A DNA stretch of 53,871 nt from Octopus bimaculoides (taxonomy: Eukaryota). Of the stretch, positions 49,062-53,871 are shown piece by piece. Both the position numbers and the translations under genes were made by a program. How positions within the stretch are numbered: position 1 is the stretch's first letter; every line of letters begins with the position of its first letter. The notes beneath the pieces were generated by a model, which saw only the letters and a list, made by a program, of their open reading frames with translations, was not told the origin of the DNA and searched no databases. The DNA is taken from positions 124,454,537 through 124,508,407 of the forward strand of contig NC_068985.1 of the NCBI RefSeq assembly GCF_001194135.2. The letters run 5' to 3'.

Positions 49062-49804
49062 ACTCGAAAGGTTAAACTAGTTGGCTACTGTCACGCTTGT
49101 ATTTAGGTTGAAAAGGTCCACGAAAACACACAATTCAAAATTATGGAAATAAGATAGTGAGTGACAAGACAGCAACCGAAAATATCCGTTTCTCAAAAAA
49201 ATAAAATAAAAAAGGAAGGTGAAAATGAAGAAAATGATGTACAAAGGCCCAGAAATAGGCATTCGTCAAAGAAAAAACACAGGTAAAGAAAATACACATC
49301 GTGGTAGTTTAAGTAGACTACAGCTTTGCTTGTTACTATGGAAATAGGCACCAATGTGTCTGTGGCTTTCGATCAGGTAAAATTACCCAAAATTTGCAAA
49401 CTTTTGAAGCTATTAACTTTTTAATTGTTTTTGGATTTGGTTTGCAAGATTCTTTATGTGAGTTCGTGTGTTGAAGTATATTTTGTTGTGTCTGGGGAGA
49501 GTCATTCTCTTTTAGTGTCTTATTATTTAACACACTCACCGGTAAAGTTTTCACACATTTACTCATTTATTTTTCCAAAAATTTTCGTTGCGTCTTGCAA
49601 CCTTTCCAATAGTCGTTGACTCTGTTCGTTATCCGAGCTGCGTTCTTCCCTTTTATTTGTTAATCTATGACAAAAAAAAAAAAAAAAGATTTCGTTCTCA
49701 TAATTAGTATGAACAGTTAAATCAGTAAACCAAATTTGAAACTATTGGAACAAAATTTTAAGAAACAGAACATTGCCACTTCAATAGAAAAAAAAAAAAA
49801 CATT

Positions 49805-50634
49805 GTTCAACTGGTGCTTATTTTATCTTTCCCGAAAGGATGAAAGGTAAAACCGAACTCCGCGGTATTTGAGCCCAGGACATAAAGAGCCGGAAGAAAT
49901 GTCGCTAAGCGTTTGTTCGGCGTGCTGACGATTCTGCCAACCTGTCACCTTAATGGCCCGTTGATAATCTTTTGTTCAAAATACATATGGTCTGAAATTC
50001 TGAGGTGAGGGTTTAGTTGATACCAATAACTTGACTGGTACTTATTCTTCCCACTCTGAAAGGGTAAAAGATAAAATAGACCTTTTGTGGTACTTGAATT
50101 CGAAACGTAAGGAACCGGAGGAAATGCCGCTAAGCATTTTGTCCGGTGTGATGACGATACTGCCAGCTCGCCCCATTTTTGATGTCATTAATAATCCTAT
50201 AGAATAACTATAAACACAAGGCCTGAAATTTGGTGGAGGGGGAATAGTCGATAACATCGATCCCAGTACTCAACTGGTATTTTATTTTATCGATCCCTAA
50301 AGGATGAAAGGCAAAGTCGACCTCGGCGGAATTTCAACTCAGAACGTAAAGACGGACGAAATACCGCCAAGCATCTTGCTCCGCGTGGTAACGATTCTGA
50401 CAGCTCGCCGCCTTAAATGATGTCATTAATAATCCTTTCTACTAAAGGCACAAGGCCTGAAATTTGTGGGGAGGAGACTAGTCGATTGCATTTCACTGGT
50501 GCTTAATTTATTGACCCCGAAAGGATGAAAGGCAAAGTCGACCTCGGTGGAATTTGAACTGAGAACGTAAAAACGGACGAGATGCTGCTAAGCATTTTGC
50601 TCGGCATGCTAATGATTCTGCCAGTTCACCGTTT
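49805..50634 (-). mobile_element. Head-to-tail array of four SINE family A copies
   Basis: Copies at ~49805-49952, 49960-50176, 50190-50413 and 50428-50634. Confidence 0.9.
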
Positions 50635-50654
50635 TAAATGATGTCGTTACTAAT

Positions 50655-50880
50655 TCATTCTTTTATTAGCCACAAGGGCTTACATAAAACAACATTAGAG
50701 GATATGCAAACAACATAAAGACAACACACTTCAAGACAAAGGGTTTTCATCGTGTAAACAGAAAAAAATAGATAAAATTGAACAAGGTAAAACTCTTAAT
50801 AGGGGTGGAGCTTTAAAGGTCCTCGTGGAAAAACCGACAAAAGCCACGGGTGCCTAATTAACTGGGCAAGAGCCCCTCTT
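50655..50880 (-). mobile_element. Probable L1/Tx1-like LINE 3' end
   Basis: Minus strand ends in ..gcccttgtggctaataaaagaatgaatt (poly-A signal plus simple tail). Family call is by recall only. Confidence 0.4.
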
Positions 50881-51030
50881 TCATTTCTTTATGCTCGGAA
50901 TTGGTCCTTTCACACTGGCCATTCTTCCAACATTTGTTGCCATTAATATTACAGTTCTATATTTAAGAGATGAGGAATTATGTACATTATTTACAATTGG
51001 AGGATATTTGTCCTCATCTTGTTTGTTGTT

Positions 51031-51076
51031 AACGCAACGTTTCGGCTGATATACCCTCCAGCCTTCATCGGGTGTC
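51031..51076 (-). ncRNA. Second, core-mutated copy of the hammerhead motif
   Basis: Minus strand GACAC-CCGAUGA-A-GGCUG..CAGCC-GAAA-CGUU-GCGUU. The U4-to-C change breaks the core, but the palindromic AACGUU stem III is intact. Confidence 0.5.
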
Positions 51077-51144
51077 TTGGGGAAATTTCGAACCTGGGTT
51101 CTCATACTTTAGGAATGAGAATCCAGGTTCGAAAATTCCCCCGA

Positions 51145-51190
51145 GACACCTGATGAAGGCTGGAGGGTATATCAGCCGAAATGTTGTGTT
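51145..51190 (+). ncRNA. Minimal type I hammerhead ribozyme motif
   Basis: Stem I GACAC(51145-49)/GUGUU(51186-90); core CUGAUGA(51150-56) plus an extra A; stem II GGCUG/CAGCC with a 10-nt loop; GAAA(51178-81); minimal stem III A-UG-U; cleavage triplet GUU ending at 51185. Confidence 0.65.
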
Positions 51191-51293
51191 AACAACAAAC
51201 AAGATGAGGACAAATATCCTCCAATTGTAAATAATGTAAATAATATCATTAATATTGGTAACGCTTTCTATTTTGGCTCACATGTATATGTTA

Positions 51294-51352
<59 letters not shown>

Positions 51353-53269
51353 ATGAAGCGAAATTTTTCCTCCTTTTTTGGTGGGGGGTGAGTGTTAGGA
51401 AAGAAAATTTTAGTTTCGTTGTCTGACGCCTGACTGGCCGATACAAGCGATTCTGTTGACAAGTTGCCATAGAAACGCCAACTGCTGCTTCTCTTGCTGC
51501 TGTTTCCTGTAGTTCTTCTAAATATTACTCCGATTAGAAACATTGTTGCTCGTCTTGTTTTCACATTGGTTTTGTTGTTGTTATTACTCGTCTCACTTTG
51601 AAGGTGGGATGTATTTATTTTTGCTATGGTTTTTGGTGTATTTTGAACGAATCTAATTATCATAACAGTCGATCATTTTTTTTTTTAGGTAAACCACCCT
51701 TTAAAGCGAGATGAGTGTAATGGTAAAAATTTCCCGCAGTTATTCCTACAGTTGTTGAGTTGGTTACTGTCGCTACAGTTTATTGCTATGCTGTTCTTGT
51801 AACAGATACGTTATATACTATTGCTGCTGTTGTTATTGTATGTCGGTGTTGGTGACGGTGTATCTGTCCCAGGCTGGTTCTGACGGAGCAAAACAAGATA
51901 TGATCAAAAAAGCATGGGATTGTATTGTTCGTAGGTGCGATTTGAGAGAAGTATACCAGCTACTTCCACCTGTTCAAGCGACAACGTAGACATTCCGTTG
52001 TAGTTGTTTCTCCCCAAGTCAGCCGAGATTGAGTAGACCCGCGATCAAAATCATTGTAGCTGTGACCATCAGTCTGTTCCCAATGTGCATGGGATCCAGT
52101 ACCACATTATCTATCATGTCCTTTTTCTAATGTTCTGCGAATATTAGGGTGTGTTTTGAAAGAATTTGGCTGCTATTTCTAGTATATCGAGAGACCTTGC
52201 AGAGGTTTCCGTTGTCTTGACTGTCAATGATGTTGCTACTCCCCTTCTCCCCTCCTCCTACTACATTATTTACTACTTCTACTACCACCGCTACCACTCG
52301 CTGGCAACAAGTCTGGCGTCCATGTCGTCGGCGCATTGCATGCTGGGGGCACGCGGCCATGTTGTTAATATTCACCAAATAATTTCTTTTATAATTGCCA
52401 CAAGGACGATAAATGAGGGGACATTAAAAGAACAGGCTACAAAAATGTGCGGGGGTTTTACATTGAAATCGAATGAATGAAAGGCGGAAGACAAGTCAAA
52501 CCACTTCTGTATTCACACTTCCTTGGTCACAAATGTAAACATCTCTATCAGCGAAACAATTCTCTCTCTCTTTCTCTCTACCTCTCTCTCTATCTCAATC
52601 TTTACATATCTGCTTATCTCCCCCTCTCTCTCTCATACTTCACCTTTCTACATATCTATCTATCTATCTATCGCTTTCCATTCCTCTGCCTCTCCCTCTC
52701 TCACATCTCAATCTCTCTTCATACCTTTTTATCCCTCTATCTACCTATTTCTCTTTTTCTCAACTCTTACATCTCTCTCTCTCTATCATCTATATATCTA
52801 TTTCTGTACCTACCTCTCATTATCTCCCCATCTGTCTGCTTAGTTCTATCTGTGTATTTACCTATCTTTCTCTATCTTACTATTCCTTCATGCTCTCTCA
52901 CTGTATTGTTTTTCTCTACATGGTTTATGGTCATTTTGCTAACTTATAACATTGACATTTATTGGTACGTATTCGAAATATTTTGTTAGTAGCTTTTCTT
53001 TTCTGTTTCACTTCCATTTTCCCAACTATTATCGTCTATGTCTTGCTATTCGAACTAGCTAACTGTTGGTGTTATGTCAACTCCAACCCACTACTTTACA
53101 CACACACACACGCATATATATTTATTTGGTTTGACAAAAACTACGAAGAGTACTCAATACATGTTCTAAAGTAGATTATCACCTAAACGATCGAGCGAGA
53201 ACTTTCGAATAGCAACGGATTGAACGATCAACTTTGTATATATATAATGTGTGTGTATATATATATATA

Positions 53270-53424
53270 CGATGGGCTTCTTTCAGTTTCCGTCTACCAA
53301 ATCCACTCACAAGGCTTTGGTCGGCCCGAGGCTATAGTAGAAAATACTTGCCCAAGGTGCCACGCAGTGGGACTGAACCCGGAGCCATGTGGTTGGTAAG
53401 CAAGCTACTTACCACGTAGCCACT

Positions 53425-53426
<2 letters not shown>
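53270..53426 (-). mobile_element. 5' half of a tRNA-derived CORE-like SINE (OR-type)
   Basis: ggagtggctacgtggtaag (A box), gggttcagtccc (B box), ggcaccttgggcaagt (CORE-like), then a (TA/TG) tract. Confidence 0.75.
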
Positions 53427-53427
<1 letters not shown>

Positions 53428-53468
<41 letters not shown>

Positions 53469-53871
53469 ATATGTATGTATACATATATGTATGTATGTAT
53501 ACATGTATGTATGTATACATGCATGTATGTATGTATACATACATGTATGTATGTATACATACATGTATGTATGTATACATACATGTATGTATACATACAT
53601 GTATGTATGTATACATATATATATGTGTATACATGTATGTATGTATACATATATATATGTGTATACATATATGTTTGTATACATATATATATATATGTAT
53701 GTATACATATATATATGTATGTATGTATACATATATATATGTATACATATATATATATATATGCATATATATATAGACACACATATATATATATATATAC
53801 ATATATATATAGACACACACATATATATATATATATATAGACACACATATATATACATATAGATACATATA
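53428..53871. repeat. Compound (TA)/(TATG)/(TACA) microsatellite with higher-order units
   Basis: Seen directly; source of six overlapping Y/I/C/M/H ORFs. Confidence 0.97.

Larger units (their letters stand above)
50977..51244. mobile_element. 268-bp palindrome formed by two inverted Penelope-like terminal sequences
   Basis: Arms 50977-51105 and 51115-51244 differ at about 7 positions, with a 9-nt spacer. Each arm has the PLE-typical ctgatgaagg..ccgaaacgtt motif. Confidence 0.85.

Noticed and set aside
51810-51940. Signal-peptide-like IRYILLLLLLLYVGVG and possible exon AGSDGAKQDMIKKAWDCIVR
   Set aside because: They derive from (GTT/GCT)-rich low-complexity sequence, lie in different frames and show no recognisable homology.
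52477-53868. ORFs of 100-178 aa at the window end and similar poly-I/Y/N/L/D/H ORFs elsewhere
   Set aside because: They are translations of simple repeats, open in several frames on both strands, with no domain content.

Overview
AT-rich, microsatellite-dense eukaryotic DNA with ten N-gaps. The SINE families and repeat style point to a coleoid cephalopod, most likely Octopus (inference from recall, no database search). I cannot support any intact host protein-coding gene, tRNA or rRNA gene. Every recognisable coding segment is a decayed transposon: R4/Dong-like, RTE, L1/Tx1-like and possibly CR1 LINEs; piggyBac, hAT, mariner and Merlin-like DNA transposons. There are also many copies of tRNA-derived SINEs. 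Almost all tracked ORFs are microsatellite or N-gap artefacts. The most notable structures are: (1) a 268-bp palindrome of two inverted Penelope-like ends, each carrying a minimal type I hammerhead ribozyme motif; (2) an RTE LINE with the full geometry of a twin-primed 5' inversion; (3) a ~490-bp palindrome formed by a clean templated inverted duplication inside a hAT fossil; (4) a Merlin-like MITE with head-to-head telomere repeats; (5) stacked retroelement ends in (AAT)n; (6) a piggyBac with a splice acceptor 1 nt before its ATG; (7) tandem SINEs separated by the same repeated spacer.
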